DNA from: Spirochaetota bacterium
Lineage (GTDB): Bacteria; Spirochaetota; UBA4802; UBA5550
Direction: 5' to 3'
Length of the DNA: 64,000 bases
Assembly (NCBI GenBank): GCA_016933025.1
Contig: JAFGBT010000015.1
Coordinates: 78,064-142,063 of the forward strand
The position numbers and the translations under genes were made by a program. Below, piece by piece: positions 47,010 through 56,976 of this stretch. The notes below the pieces were generated by a model. That model saw only the letters and a program-made list of their open reading frames with translations, was not told the origin of the DNA and ran no database searches. The first letter of the stretch is position 1. Every line of letters begins with the position of its first letter.

Positions 47010-49451
47010 GTGTCGAACTATTATAAATCTCCGACGCGGAACATGAGAGGGCGGAGCGGTCCGGCATGGCCGCGCAACGCGGGATGTATGTCAAAGCCGT
47101 CATACGAACAACTAAAGGAAAAGATCGCACTCCTTGAAAAGGAGCTCGCCGCCATCAGGTCGTCGCACAGGGATGAAGCGGGCCTCCCCGGCCTCCGTGC
47201 CATGATCGATTTCGCGTACGACTGGGAATACTGGCGTCTCCCCGACGGTACGATCCGGTACACCTCTCCCTCGTGCGAGCGGATTACCGGATACAGGCCG
47301 GATGAGTTCGACAGTGATCCCCGCCTCATCCTGAGCATAGTCCATCCCGACGACAGGTGCTTCGTTGAAGAACATTTTCGATGCGCGGAGAACCGGCGGG
47401 CGGACGATGTGCTTGTTGATTTCCGCATCATCCGCCGTGACGGCCAGGTGAAGTGGATCGCCCATGTCTGCTCCCCCATGCTGGACGGCAGCGGAAGGTT
47501 CCTCGGGAGGCGCGTGAGCCACCGCGACATCACCGACAGAAAAAATATGGAAATGGCGCTGCAAACTAGCGAGGAGAAATACCGCGCACTGCTGGAGAAT
47601 TCTCTGGCAGGCATCGGCGTGTCCCAGGGGGACCGGATCATCTACGCGAACAAGGCGCTCTTGAACATGTACGGATATTCCTCTTTCGAGGAACTCTCCT
47701 CAATGTCCATCCTGGATCATTCCACAGAGGAGTCGCGGGAGTTTCTCCGAGGCTGGCGGCGCCGCAAGGCGAACGGCGAGTCCATACCGATGGAATTCAA
47801 CCATCAGATCATCTGCAAGAACGGCACGGCCAGGACGCTGCGGCTCAATATCAATTATGTGACGATTGATGGGCTCCAGTACGCGTATACCACCTTCGTC
47901 GACGTGACCGACCTGCTTGCCGCCTATCAGGCAAAGAGGGAGAGCGAGGAGTTCCTGAGGAGCCTGGCGAACAGCATCCCCGGCGTTGTGTACCAGTTTT
48001 ACGTCCGCGATAACGGCGAGATGGGATTTTATTATATCAGCGAACGGGCGGCGGATTTCCTGGGGCAGGAGAAGGTGACGGACGATGTGTTCGAGCTCTT
48101 CATCGCGGGCATGACGCCTGAGGACAGGGGGCGGTTTCTCGATTCGATACGGGAAGCGGTGCGCCAGAATAAAACCTGGCAGTTCGAGGGCCGGTTTATC
48201 GCCAGGAACGGGAAGATAAGATATTTCAGCGGCATTTCGCACCCGCGGCGGTCCGGCGGCGAAGTGGTGTTCAACGGTCTCATGCTTGACAATACCGAAC
48301 GGAAGAGGGCGGAAGAACGGTTAAAGTGGCAGCTGGCCATGAATATGGCGCTTGCAGGGCTGTCCGGCTCCATCATCGCGCAGTCGTTCACCATAAAGGA
48401 CATTGCCGCCATTGCTCTCCAGTATGCCAGGCTCCTGACCGACAGCGAGCACGGGTTTGTTTCCGAGATCGATCCGCAAACGCGGAAGAACGTCATCCAT
48501 GCTATGGACGGCGCGCTGTTCAGTGCCGTCGATCGGGAGTGGAATCCGGCCGGGCCTGACAATCGGTACGCCGGGATCTGGGGGAAGGTGCTGAACGAAG
48601 GGCGGGCTTTTTTTACCAACGATCCGCGAAGCCATGAGGCATGGAGCGAGTCCCGTGAGGGCGAAACGGAGATCCGCCGTTACCTGGGAGTCCCGGTGCT
48701 GCTGAACAAGGATGTCGTCGGCGAGGTGGTCCTGACGAACGCCGACCGCGATTATACCGGTGAAGACCTCGTCACGACGCGGAGAATTGCCTCGCTCTAC
48801 GCCATGGCCATCGCCCGCATTCGAAACGAGGAGGATCTCAGGGAGTCCCTCCATGAAAAGGAAATACTGATCAAGGAGCTGCATCACCGCGTCAAGAACA
48901 ACCTCCAGGTGGTTTCCAGCCTTCTCGCTCTGCAGTCGAACAGAATCGACAGCGAAGTGTACCGCGGCTATTTTCAGGAGAGCCAGAACCGCGTGCACGC
49001 TATGGCCCTTATCCACGAAAAGCTTTACAATTCGGAAGCCCTGGCCCGAATCGATTTTTCACGTTATATAGACGATTTGACGCGGCATCTCTTTTACTCG
49101 TACAATATCAATACGCAGAAGGTGCGGCTCGTCATTGACGTGCGGGACGTATACCTCGGCATTGACGCCGCCGTTCCCTGCGCCATGATCATCAACGAGC
49201 TCGTTTCGAATTCACTCAAGCACGGCTTTCCGGGCGACCGCGCCGGAGAGATCGTGGTCGGGCTTGCCAAAAACGCCGGAGACGGGTACACGCTCACGGT
49301 GAGCGATAACGGTGTCGGTATGCCGGAGCGGGTAGAGGGGAAAGAATCAGCTTCCCTGGGGATGCAGATCGTTGCCTCCCTGACCAGGCAGATCAAGGGG
49401 GCCATCGATGTATCGGGGCAGGGCGGCACCCGGGTAACCATAACATTCTGA
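47010..49451 (+). CDS. Multi-PAS/GAF sensor histidine kinase (HisKA_2/HWE-type).
   Basis: 813 aa. Several PAS blocks. GAF-like segment. H-box HHRVKNNLQVVSSLLALQ and HATPase G-boxes. The true start is probably an internal Met near 47086. Confidence 0.85.
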   Translation: MSNYYKSPTRNMRGRSGPAWPRNAGCMSKPSYEQLKEKIALLEKELAAIRSSHRDEAGLPGLRAMIDFAYDWEYWRLPDGTIRYTSPSCERITGYRPDEFDSDPRLILSIVHPDDRCFVEEHFRCAENRRADDVLVDFRIIRRDGQVKWIAHVCSPMLDGSGRFLGRRVSHRDITDRKNMEMALQTSEEKYRALLENSLAGIGVSQGDRIIYANKALLNMYGYSSFEELSSMSILDHSTEESREFLRGWRRRKANGESIPMEFNHQIICKNGTARTLRLNINYVTIDGLQYAYTTFVDVTDLLAAYQAKRESEEFLRSLANSIPGVVYQFYVRDNGEMGFYYISERAADFLGQEKVTDDVFELFIAGMTPEDRGRFLDSIREAVRQNKTWQFEGRFIARNGKIRYFSGISHPRRSGGEVVFNGLMLDNTERKRAEERLKWQLAMNMALAGLSGSIIAQSFTIKDIAAIALQYARLLTDSEHGFVSEIDPQTRKNVIHAMDGALFSAVDREWNPAGPDNRYAGIWGKVLNEGRAFFTNDPRSHEAWSESREGETEIRRYLGVPVLLNKDVVGEVVLTNADRDYTGEDLVTTRRIASLYAMAIARIRNEEDLRESLHEKEILIKELHHRVKNNLQVVSSLLALQSNRIDSEVYRGYFQESQNRVHAMALIHEKLYNSEALARIDFSRYIDDLTRHLFYSYNINTQKVRLVIDVRDVYLGIDAAVPCAMIINELVSNSLKHGFPGDRAGEIVVGLAKNAGDGYTLTVSDNGVGMPERVEGKESASLGMQIVASLTRQIKGAIDVSGQGGTRVTITF

Positions 49452-49709
49452 CGGCCTTGCGGCTCACCGACTCGCTCATCGGGTCACTCAAACGTGCGGT
49501 ATGCCCCTCGCTGGAGCGGCGCGAATAAATAAATGGGAATAATGCCGGCAGGCGATTATTCCCAGAGAAGATTTTGGAGGGTCTTTAAAGAACTTAATTG
49601 ATATGGTATACCCTGGCCGCCGTTGTTACAAAAAAATGAAATTATTTTTTATCCTGCCCGTATGCCGTTTGCCTGCTTCGTCCGTTGGGGCCCTGCCGGT
49701 CGATCGAGA

Positions 49710-49934
49710 TCAGGCGTTCTTCTGTTCTTTCCGCATCTTCAGGTAGGAATAGCCGGCGTATACGGCCGTGCCGAGCAGCATCGGGATATCATCGAGATAA
49801 CCGGCGGGAAATAACATATCAGGTATTAAATCGATCGGCGAAATCGTGTATATGATGGCCAGGCCGAGCATTACCAGCGAAAAAATGAACTGTTTTTTTA
49901 AGGAACCGATGCTTTTATCCTCTACTTGTTTCAT
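49710..49934 (-). CDS. DUF1232 (YkvA-like) small membrane protein.
   Basis: SPIDLIPD...GYLDD motif. Confidence 0.55.
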   Translation of the reverse strand: MKQVEDKSIGSLKKQFIFSLVMLGLAIIYTISPIDLIPDMLFPAGYLDDIPMLLGTAVYAGYSYLKMRKEQKNA

Positions 49935-50109
49935 GCTCTATGGGCACCTCTGAGGTCGATATGTATCTATGTAACTCTGAAGGCCGGTTTGTTAAATTTT
50001 CAAGGTATTTTTTTTCTTGAATAAATATATTGATATTACAAGTATATGTCGCCGCATTAACCGGGGTACCCGTCGCGGCGCGACTCGAACGAGATAACGG
50101 GGTGACAAT

Positions 50110-51030
50110 ATGAAGGATCTTATAATAATCGGGGCCGGGCCTGCAGGCCTTGCGGCCGCCATTTACGGAATCAGGGCGGGGCTTGATCTCATGGTCGTTG
50201 AAAGGCTGTCGCCGGGCGGGCAGGTGATGAACACATTCGAGGTTGAAAATTATCCTGGTTTTGAGGAACCCGTACCCGGCTGGGAGCTGATGTCGAAAAT
50301 GGAGGGGCAGGCCCGCAGGCTCGGGGCGGAGATCGCGAGCGGCGACGTCGCCTCGGTCCGGAAGGACGCGGGGAGCGGCATCTTCACGGTCGCGCTGAAT
50401 GACGGAACCTCGATGGAATCGAAAACCGTGATCTCGGCCTCCGGCGCGTCGTACCGGAGGCTTAATGTGCCGGGCGAAGAAGAATACCTTGGCCATGGTG
50501 TCTCGTTCTGCGCCACATGCGACGGCGCCTTCTTCAAGGACCGCATATGTGCTGTTATTGGAGGAGGCGATACGGCGCTGGAGGAAGCCCACTTCCTCAC
50601 CCGCTTCGCGAAAAAAGTTTACCTTGTGCACCGGCGTGATAAATTCCGTGGCGCGAAAATTTTACAGAATCGCGTTCAGGAGACCGAAAAGATCGAGCCG
50701 GTATACGACAGCGTCGTTGAATCGATCGACGGGGAAACCACTGTGAAGGGAGTCACCCTGAAAAACGTGAAGACCGGTAAGACCTCCTCCCTTGCGGTCG
50801 ACGGGGTATTCATTTTTGTGGGGTTCACGGCAAATACGAGCTATCTCCCGCCGGATGTCCTCGACGGGAACGGCGAGGCCGCGGTCGACGCCCGCATGAG
50901 GACGTCGGTGCCGGGCCTGTATGCCGCCGGAGACCTGAGGAGCGGGTCCAGACGCCAGATTGTTATGGCCGCCGCCGACGGCGCTACCGCGGCCCTTGAG
51001 GCCTATGATTATATTTTAGGTTTGACATAA
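50110..51030 (+). CDS. trxB: Thioredoxin-disulfide reductase.
   Basis: GAGPAG FAD motif. Redox-active CATC. NADPH-binding GGGDTA. Confidence 0.9.
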   Translation: MKDLIIIGAGPAGLAAAIYGIRAGLDLMVVERLSPGGQVMNTFEVENYPGFEEPVPGWELMSKMEGQARRLGAEIASGDVASVRKDAGSGIFTVALNDGTSMESKTVISASGASYRRLNVPGEEEYLGHGVSFCATCDGAFFKDRICAVIGGGDTALEEAHFLTRFAKKVYLVHRRDKFRGAKILQNRVQETEKIEPVYDSVVESIDGETTVKGVTLKNVKTGKTSSLAVDGVFIFVGFTANTSYLPPDVLDGNGEAAVDARMRTSVPGLYAAGDLRSGSRRQIVMAAADGATAALEAYDYILGLT

Positions 51031-51170
51031 TACCAGAATCCCCCTTTTATGACTTGTGTGCGGGCATGCGGCGCCGCGCCCTCCGGGTGATGCGCACCTC
51101 GATACCTGACAGCAAATCATTATTGAAGAAAATAATCCACTAATCATTAATGGGAAGGAGTTCGGTTATT

Positions 51171-51605
51171 ATGAAGAAAATGTTGGCGATGGCATCTGCG
51201 GTCTTTGTCGCGCTGGTCAGTTTCACCTGCAGGCCATCCGGGAAGTATGCCGATTACAGTGAATACATGAGCGATGTGATCGAGGCGAATGAAGACTATA
51301 TCTCTGCGCTGGAGAAAGCGAACAGCCCCAAGGAAGTGGCCGAGGCCATCACCGAGCTTGGCGATAAAATGGAAACGATAACGAAGGTGCGGGAGAATAT
51401 CGAAAAAAAATATCCCGAGATCAAAACGATAGACAGGAAAAACCCGCCTTCGGAGCTGAAAAAAGACTTCGACAGGCTTGATGAGATGACGCAGAAGCTC
51501 CTGACCGTTTACATGAAGAAGATGAAATATATGATGGACCCGGAGGTAATGAAGGCGTCACAGGAAATGGCAAAGAAATCCGGGAATAGCGGTCTGTTTG
51601 ACTGA
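51171..51605 (+). CDS. Hypothetical lipoprotein.
   Basis: GGGAAGGAG RBS. Lipobox SFTC. Confidence 0.5.
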   Translation: MKKMLAMASAVFVALVSFTCRPSGKYADYSEYMSDVIEANEDYISALEKANSPKEVAEAITELGDKMETITKVRENIEKKYPEIKTIDRKNPPSELKKDFDRLDEMTQKLLTVYMKKMKYMMDPEVMKASQEMAKKSGNSGLFD

Positions 51606-51631
51606 GAAGCCGGTACCGTGGAAAGCTGAAC

Positions 51632-51658
51632 CGCCGGCGTGATGCCGGCGGTTTTTTC
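51632..51658. terminator. Bidirectional rho-independent terminator between convergent genes.
   Basis: ccgccggcgtgatgccggcgg stem followed by tttttt. Confidence 0.55.
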
Positions 51659-52637
51659 ATGAAAAATATTTTGTGTAGAATTTTTCAACTGCCGACCAGA
51701 TGAGACCGCGAAGGTGGCGTATTCTCAGTTCGTCAACTTTCAGGTATTCGAAGTTGAAATGGGCGTCGTTCAGGAAGAGAGCCCGGGAGACTCCGATGCG
51801 GACCATGGGAATCTTTCCGACGCCGTATTCCGCGAGGATGAATCCTCCGGAGGGGTCGGGACTTGCAACGAATTTTTCCGCTATTGTCTCTTCCTCGCCG
51901 GAAAGCGATTTTTCCAGCTGCTCCACGAGGCCCCGGACCAGGGAGGGGTCGCACGTGGACGAGACGCTCTTGCCGCGGGGGGCAAGGTGCTCGATCATCA
52001 CCAGGGGCCGCGGTTTCCCCGGGTCCCGCGAGACCGCAGGGCCCACGGGCATTATCGTATGGCATTCGAGGATCAGCCTGACGGAGCCCGAGGTGACAAT
52101 GTTTTTTATGGCGTCATGAAAGGGGAGCCAGTAGCGTTTCACCAGGTTGGGGATCGCGATTTCATCCGGGAAGAGCTCTTCCCGGAAGAGCGGCTTGCCG
52201 TAGAGGGTCGTTTTCTTGATTACGCCGTCCCGCCCGGATTGCAGGGCCGTGTACGGCCTGTCCAGGTCGATAAAGAGCCGAGAGATATCGGTGTCCAGGG
52301 TCCCGGCAACGCGCTCGCCGAAGGAGAAGAGCTCGTTAGCGCAGGTGTCAGACTGAATAAACAGGTCGAACCTGGTGACCGCCTCGTATCCCGACAGCTC
52401 TTCGGGGACCCTGCAGCCACCGTGAGGGATGACGACCAGAATGGGGAGGTGCCCTTTTTTCTTCACCGTGAGTATCGCGCCGTTTTCTTCGAGAATGTAA
52501 CAGGGAATCGCGTATCCTGTCAAGAAATTCAGCGTCCGAACGCTCTGGAATTCTGATAATTTGTGTTGAAATAAAACACCGCGTGCGTATATTCGATAGA
52601 TGCGTGAATCATATCCATCATCCACTGGAGCCGCCAA
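51657..52637 (-). CDS. N-formylglutamate amidohydrolase family protein.
   Basis: PILVVIPHGG motif. Start uncertain: no internal ATG, and the ORF's Met coincides with the divergent neighbour's start. Confidence 0.5.
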   Translation of the reverse strand: MAAPVDDGYDSRIYRIYARGVLFQHKLSEFQSVRTLNFLTGYAIPCYILEENGAILTVKKKGHLPILVVIPHGGCRVPEELSGYEAVTRFDLFIQSDTCANELFSFGERVAGTLDTDISRLFIDLDRPYTALQSGRDGVIKKTTLYGKPLFREELFPDEIAIPNLVKRYWLPFHDAIKNIVTSGSVRLILECHTIMPVGPAVSRDPGKPRPLVMIEHLAPRGKSVSSTCDPSLVRGLVEQLEKSLSGEEETIAEKFVASPDPSGGFILAEYGVGKIPMVRIGVSRALFLNDAHFNFEYLKVDELRIRHLRGLIWSAVEKFYTKYFS

Positions 52638-54577
52638 TGAAAATGACCGACATCCTCATCATCGCGGTGCTGTTGTGCCTTCCGCTCTCCCTGTACGGGA
52701 AAGAGCGGACCCTGACCGTCGTGCACACCAACGATATGCATTCGCATCTCCTGGGGTACCCGCCGACCATTGACTACACGCCGATGTCGACGGGCGACGA
52801 CGGCACCGCAGGAGGCTGGGCACGGATTGCGACCGTCATCAGGCAGATCAGGGCCGAAAGAAGCAATCCGGTCCTGCTGGTTGACGGCGGCGACTTTCTG
52901 ATGGGGACCCTGTTCCACGTAATATCCCGCGAACGCTCGGTGGAGCTCGGGCTTATGCGCGAAATGGGATACGACATGATCACGCTGGGGAACCACGAGT
53001 TCGATTTGAGGCCCGCCGGCCTCGCGCGTATACTCCGCGCAGCGGAGCGGAACGGGGGACTTCCGCCCATGGTGGCCTCCAATGTTATATTTGATCCAAC
53101 GGATGATAGAGACAATACCCTCGAGGAAGTATTCAGGTCGGGTCTGGTGCGGCCATACCGGGTCGTCGTGAAAGACGGGATTACAGTAGGCTTTTTCGGC
53201 CTGATGGGGAAGAACGCTGCCGAGGTCGCCCCGTTCGCGACGCCGGTGACCTTCGGCGATCCGGTTGCGGTCGCGCGTGAGATGACCGCCCTCCTGAGGG
53301 AGAAGGAGAAGGTCGATGTCATCATCTGCCTGTCTCACTCCGGCCTGGTTCCCGGCAAGCCTGCCATATCAGAGGATGTGAAGCTCGCCCGCAAGGTGCC
53401 GGGCATCGACATCATTATCAGCGCTCACACGCACACGCCTCTGGCCCGGCCGATCGTCGAGGGCGATACCGTCATCGTCCAGGCCTGGTACAACGGCAAG
53501 TGGGTGGGCGTGCTTGACCTGTCGCTCGACGCCGGGCGTCCGGCGCTTAAAAAATACCGGATCATCGAGATCAACGATACGATCAGGGGCGATGCCCGCC
53601 TCACGTCCCTCATTGATGGCAATAAGGGCGAGATAAGCCGGGCGCTGCTGGCGCCGCTCGGGCTCGCCTTCGACTCGATCATCGCCGAAACGGCTTTCGA
53701 TCTGGCCATTGGCGAGGATGAGACGAATCTCGGCAACCTGATAGCCGACGCAAGCCGCTGGTATGTCAACAGGTTTGCGTATGATCCTCATGACCCCGCC
53801 ACGCGCGTGGCGGTAGCCTTTGATTCCAACGGGCTTATCAGGGACCCGGTGGCAAAGGGGAAAACCGGGAAGGTGGGGGTGTGCGACCTGTTCAGCGCCC
53901 TCCCGCTCGGGATCGGCGAGGATGACACCATCGGGTATCCCATGGTCGCGGTCTACCTGAATGCCGCGGAAATCAAGAAGGCGCTCGAGGTCGCCACAAG
54001 CATTTACCCTCTCAGGGGAGGCGATTATTTCTTACAGGTTTCGGGCCTCAGGTACCGGTACAATCCGTACCGAATGATTTTTGACCGGGTGACCGGGATT
54101 GATCTCGGCGACGAGACAGGCGGCTACCGGCCCCTGGATTATTCTGAATCAAACAGGAGCCTCTACCGGATCACCGCCAATATGTACAACGCCACCTTTC
54201 TGAAAATCGTCGGTGATTTTACCCTGAATATCCTGAATATAGTCCCCAAGGACCGGAACGGGAAACCGATCAAGGACCTCGCGGAGGCCCTCGTTGACGC
54301 CGACCCGGACAGGCCCGGGGTGCAGGAGGTCAAGCAGTGGGTCGGGTTGGTTGAATACGTGCGGGGGTTCAGGGACCTTAACGGCAACGGCCGCCCGGAT
54401 ATCCCCGGGGCCTATCGCGCGAAGCTCGGCCGCATCCTGAGCGAGCCGAGCCTTTGCCCGGTTGCGCTCCTTAAGCGGGGCAACTGGCTGACCTGGATCG
54501 GGTTCGGGATAGTTATCGGTGCATGCGCGGTGGTTGCCGTTGCCGCGATTGTCGTCGTGAGGAAAATCAGGAAATAG
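52637..54577 (+). CDS. Bifunctional metallophosphatase / 5'-nucleotidase with C-terminal membrane anchor.
   Basis: Signal peptide. VVHTNDMHSHL, GNHEFD, C-terminal 5'-nucleotidase domain. Terminal TM helix. Confidence 0.8.
   Translation: MKMTDILIIAVLLCLPLSLYGKERTLTVVHTNDMHSHLLGYPPTIDYTPMSTGDDGTAGGWARIATVIRQIRAERSNPVLLVDGGDFLMGTLFHVISRERSVELGLMREMGYDMITLGNHEFDLRPAGLARILRAAERNGGLPPMVASNVIFDPTDDRDNTLEEVFRSGLVRPYRVVVKDGITVGFFGLMGKNAAEVAPFATPVTFGDPVAVAREMTALLREKEKVDVIICLSHSGLVPGKPAISEDVKLARKVPGIDIIISAHTHTPLARPIVEGDTVIVQAWYNGKWVGVLDLSLDAGRPALKKYRIIEINDTIRGDARLTSLIDGNKGEISRALLAPLGLAFDSIIAETAFDLAIGEDETNLGNLIADASRWYVNRFAYDPHDPATRVAVAFDSNGLIRDPVAKGKTGKVGVCDLFSALPLGIGEDDTIGYPMVAVYLNAAEIKKALEVATSIYPLRGGDYFLQVSGLRYRYNPYRMIFDRVTGIDLGDETGGYRPLDYSESNRSLYRITANMYNATFLKIVGDFTLNILNIVPKDRNGKPIKDLAEALVDADPDRPGVQEVKQWVGLVEYVRGFRDLNGNGRPDIPGAYRAKLGRILSEPSLCPVALLKRGNWLTWIGFGIVIGACAVVAVAAIVVVRKIRK
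54506..54519 (+). repeat. Dyad motif copy (12/14, gggatagttatcgg) inside the 5'-nucleotidase CDS.
   Basis: In-frame translation is G-I-V-I-G. Confidence 0.45.
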
Positions 54578-54592
54578 ACAGGCGGCGCGGAA

Positions 54593-55162
54593 TCAGGCCA
54601 GTCCCAGCTCCGCGGCTCTGTCCCGCATGCCGAGGATCGATTCCCTGATGAGCTCGGAGAGCTCGATGCCGAGCATTGCCGCCCCCTTTTCGATAACCGT
54701 CCGGTCTACTCCGGCGGCGAAGCCCTTGTCCTTCCATTTCTTTTTTACCGATGACGCCTCCAGGTCCATCAGGCTCCTTGACGGCCTCACCAGCGCGGCC
54801 GCTATGATAAGGCCCGAAAGTTCGTCAACGGCGTACAGGGTCTTTTCCATCAGCGTCTGCGGCTCGATGTCCGTGAACATTCCCCAGCCGTGGCTCGCGA
54901 CCGCGCGGACGTATTCTTCCGGCCATCCCTTTTCGCGGAGTATTTTCTGGCTCATGGCGCAGTGCTCTTTCGGGAACCGCTCGTAATCGAGGTCGTGGAC
55001 CAGGCCCACCGCGCCCCACATCTCCTCGTCTTCGTTGTGCTTTCGCGCGAAGTGGCGCATGATCGCTTCCACCGCTATGCCGTGCTTGATCAGAGGCTCG
55101 GTCGTGTTGTATTCTTTCAGAAGCGAGAAGGCTTCTTCGCGCGTGGGCCTGTGCGTGCTCAT
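54593..55162 (-). CDS. HD-domain phosphohydrolase.
   Basis: H...HD motif (GLVHDLD). 189 aa. Confidence 0.8.
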   Translation of the reverse strand: MSTHRPTREEAFSLLKEYNTTEPLIKHGIAVEAIMRHFARKHNEDEEMWGAVGLVHDLDYERFPKEHCAMSQKILREKGWPEEYVRAVASHGWGMFTDIEPQTLMEKTLYAVDELSGLIIAAALVRPSRSLMDLEASSVKKKWKDKGFAAGVDRTVIEKGAAMLGIELSELIRESILGMRDRAAELGLA

Positions 55163-55248
55163 CGTGACCTCCGGTTATTGCATCTTATCAGCAGTGACTA
55201 TGGGACACCGGCAGGGATCCGGCAAGCAAAAAGTGCCGGGCAGGTGTG

Positions 55249-55548
55249 TTAAAATTTGATCCTCCTGAAATTAATCCTGTATCCGAGAACGGCCGCCAAC
55301 GCGTTTAATTTTTTCAGCGTAATGTTCGAGCTGTTCCCCGAGCGGATTCTCTGTATGATGGCCGGAGACACGCCCGCCTTCCCGGCGAGCTTTCTTACCG
55401 ATATATTGTTTTCCTCCATGGCTTCCAGAAGAAATTCATTCACCAGGTACTGGTTATAGCCCTTTTCAAACCGTTCCCTGCGCTTGGGGTCCTTCATGAT
55501 CCGGTCAAAGGTGGAGAGCTGTTTTTTTGACGCTTTAGCCCTGTTCAT
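55249..55548 (-). CDS. XRE-family helix-turn-helix antitoxin (HigA-like).
   Basis: Start MNRAK overlaps the upstream toxin stop by 14 nt. HTH segment ISVRKLAGKAGVSPAIIQRI. Confidence 0.6.
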   Translation of the reverse strand: MNRAKASKKQLSTFDRIMKDPKRRERFEKGYNQYLVNEFLLEAMEENNISVRKLAGKAGVSPAIIQRIRSGNSSNITLKKLNALAAVLGYRINFRRIKF

Positions 55549-55921
55549 AGTATATTCCTTCCTTGATGCGGGACAGAAAATCTTCACGCGACTTCATTGC
55601 CCTTTGCTTTTCTTTACGCGGCAATGCATCAGATTTCTTTACAAAGGCATTGGTAATAATTATCTTCCTCCCCTTTACAAAAAAGCAGAGGAACCGATCC
55701 GGTTGAGGCTTAAATGCAAAAATATCATCGCCCTCGTATCTGAATTGCGCCTTATTGCTGATTTTCCCGAAATCGCCCATTCGTTTTAAAAGATACAGCG
55801 TTTTATCCTGCCTTCCTTCGTTCAACTCCTGGAAATATTCGAGCGCTTGGCTTTTCCCGCCGGTGTCAAAATACCATTCAATCGCAAAGCATGGACCTTC
55901 GTACGCAAGGTGCCGCGGCAT
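55535..55921 (-). CDS. Gp49/HigB-like (RelE/ParE superfamily) toxin.
   Basis: About 120 aa. Toxin-then-HTH-antitoxin order typical of HigBA/Gp49 pairs. The true start may be internal. Confidence 0.5.
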   Translation of the reverse strand: MPRHLAYEGPCFAIEWYFDTGGKSQALEYFQELNEGRQDKTLYLLKRMGDFGKISNKAQFRYEGDDIFAFKPQPDRFLCFFVKGRKIIITNAFVKKSDALPRKEKQRAMKSREDFLSRIKEGIYYEQG

Positions 55922-55931
55922 TGCCCCTCCA

Positions 55932-55953
55932 AATGTACTAATATATTAGTACA
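55932..55953. promoter_or_regulatory. 22-bp perfect palindrome ATGTACTAATA|TATTAGTACAT immediately upstream of the toxin-antitoxin pair. Probable autoregulatory operator.
   Basis: Exact reverse-complement symmetry read directly. Confidence 0.45.
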
Positions 55954-56045
55954 TTGTCAATAATAATTAATATGCTACCGGGTATACGAATGGGTATGGG
56001 GATTTATGAAAAAAATTTGGTTTTCGGCATGCACCGTGCGCGTCG

Positions 56046-56059
56046 CCGATAGTTATCGG
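56046..56059. repeat. Dyad motif CCGATAGTTATCGG (intergenic).
   Basis: Exact 14-mer. Confidence 0.6.
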
Positions 56060-56149
56060 TAGACGGGTATCGGGGGGCGGGGTTTTATATCCAGGTTTAA
56101 TATCCAAACTACGGACACACCATCGGCGACTGATGCGACACAGGGGCTC

Positions 56150-56240
56150 TTGCTTGTGCTGAACCCTTCGATAGTTCGACAAGCTCACTACGCCGCTTCG
56201 CTCAGGACAGGCCTGTCGAAGCATCCGCAGTGACATGACA
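56150..56240. repeat. REP-like hairpin unit of the FDKL family (cccttcgatagttcgacaagctcac...gctcaggacaggcctgtcgaagc).
   Basis: Shares the ccttcga...gctcagg core with 24950-25020 and 41205-41370. Confidence 0.5.
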
Positions 56241-56451
56241 CATCAGGAAGGATCCGGCAAGCAAAAAGTTCTGGACATGGGGGGAATTTCAAAAATCATA
56301 GATTGAGTTGAGTTTTTTAGCATTTCGCAATGCCGCCGGTTGTCCCGATCAGGGGTCATAGTAGGCCCTGGCGGCAAAAAAAGTCCCGGTGCACGGACAT
56401 TTTTTTGTGCATTTTATCATTCATTTAAAACATTATAAATAGGAAGACGGA

Positions 56452-56976
56452 GTGAATCAGCGGGCCGTAAGAAAAAAGATCGAGGAATTTTCTCAGGCAT
56501 ATATGGAATTTTATCCGGTCGTCTACAGTTCCGTTCTCTCCCGCATCCAGCGGAGAGATGATGCAGATGATATTTGCCAGGAGATATTCATCATTTTTTT
56601 AGATAAGTTTGAGACGATTGGGAACAAGAGAAACTGGCTTTACGGAACCATGAAAAACATCCTCTATAACTACTATAGGAAAAAAAACATGAATGTCGAC
56701 TCCGTCGACAATTTCGATGACGTGGGATTGGCCTTCACCAATGGCTTCCGCGACACCAGGATCCTCATAGCTGAGGCTATGGAAGAGATTGAATGCACAG
56801 AGAAAGATCGTATCATACTGGAGATGGTCGCCACGTATAATTACACCTATGCCCATGTGGGGAAGGCCCTGGGACTCTCCCGGCGCCAGGTTGTATACCG
56901 CTATGAACAGGTGGTAAAGAGGATACAGGACTATTTCAGCCAGAAGGGCATCAAGGACATCGGCCAATTATTATGA
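56452..56976 (+). CDS. ECF (sigma-70 family) RNA polymerase sigma factor.
   Basis: Region-2 motif DDICQEIFIIF. Region-4 HTH YTYAHVGKALGLSRRQV. Confidence 0.75.
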   Translation: MNQRAVRKKIEEFSQAYMEFYPVVYSSVLSRIQRRDDADDICQEIFIIFLDKFETIGNKRNWLYGTMKNILYNYYRKKNMNVDSVDNFDDVGLAFTNGFRDTRILIAEAMEEIECTEKDRIILEMVATYNYTYAHVGKALGLSRRQVVYRYEQVVKRIQDYFSQKGIKDIGQLL

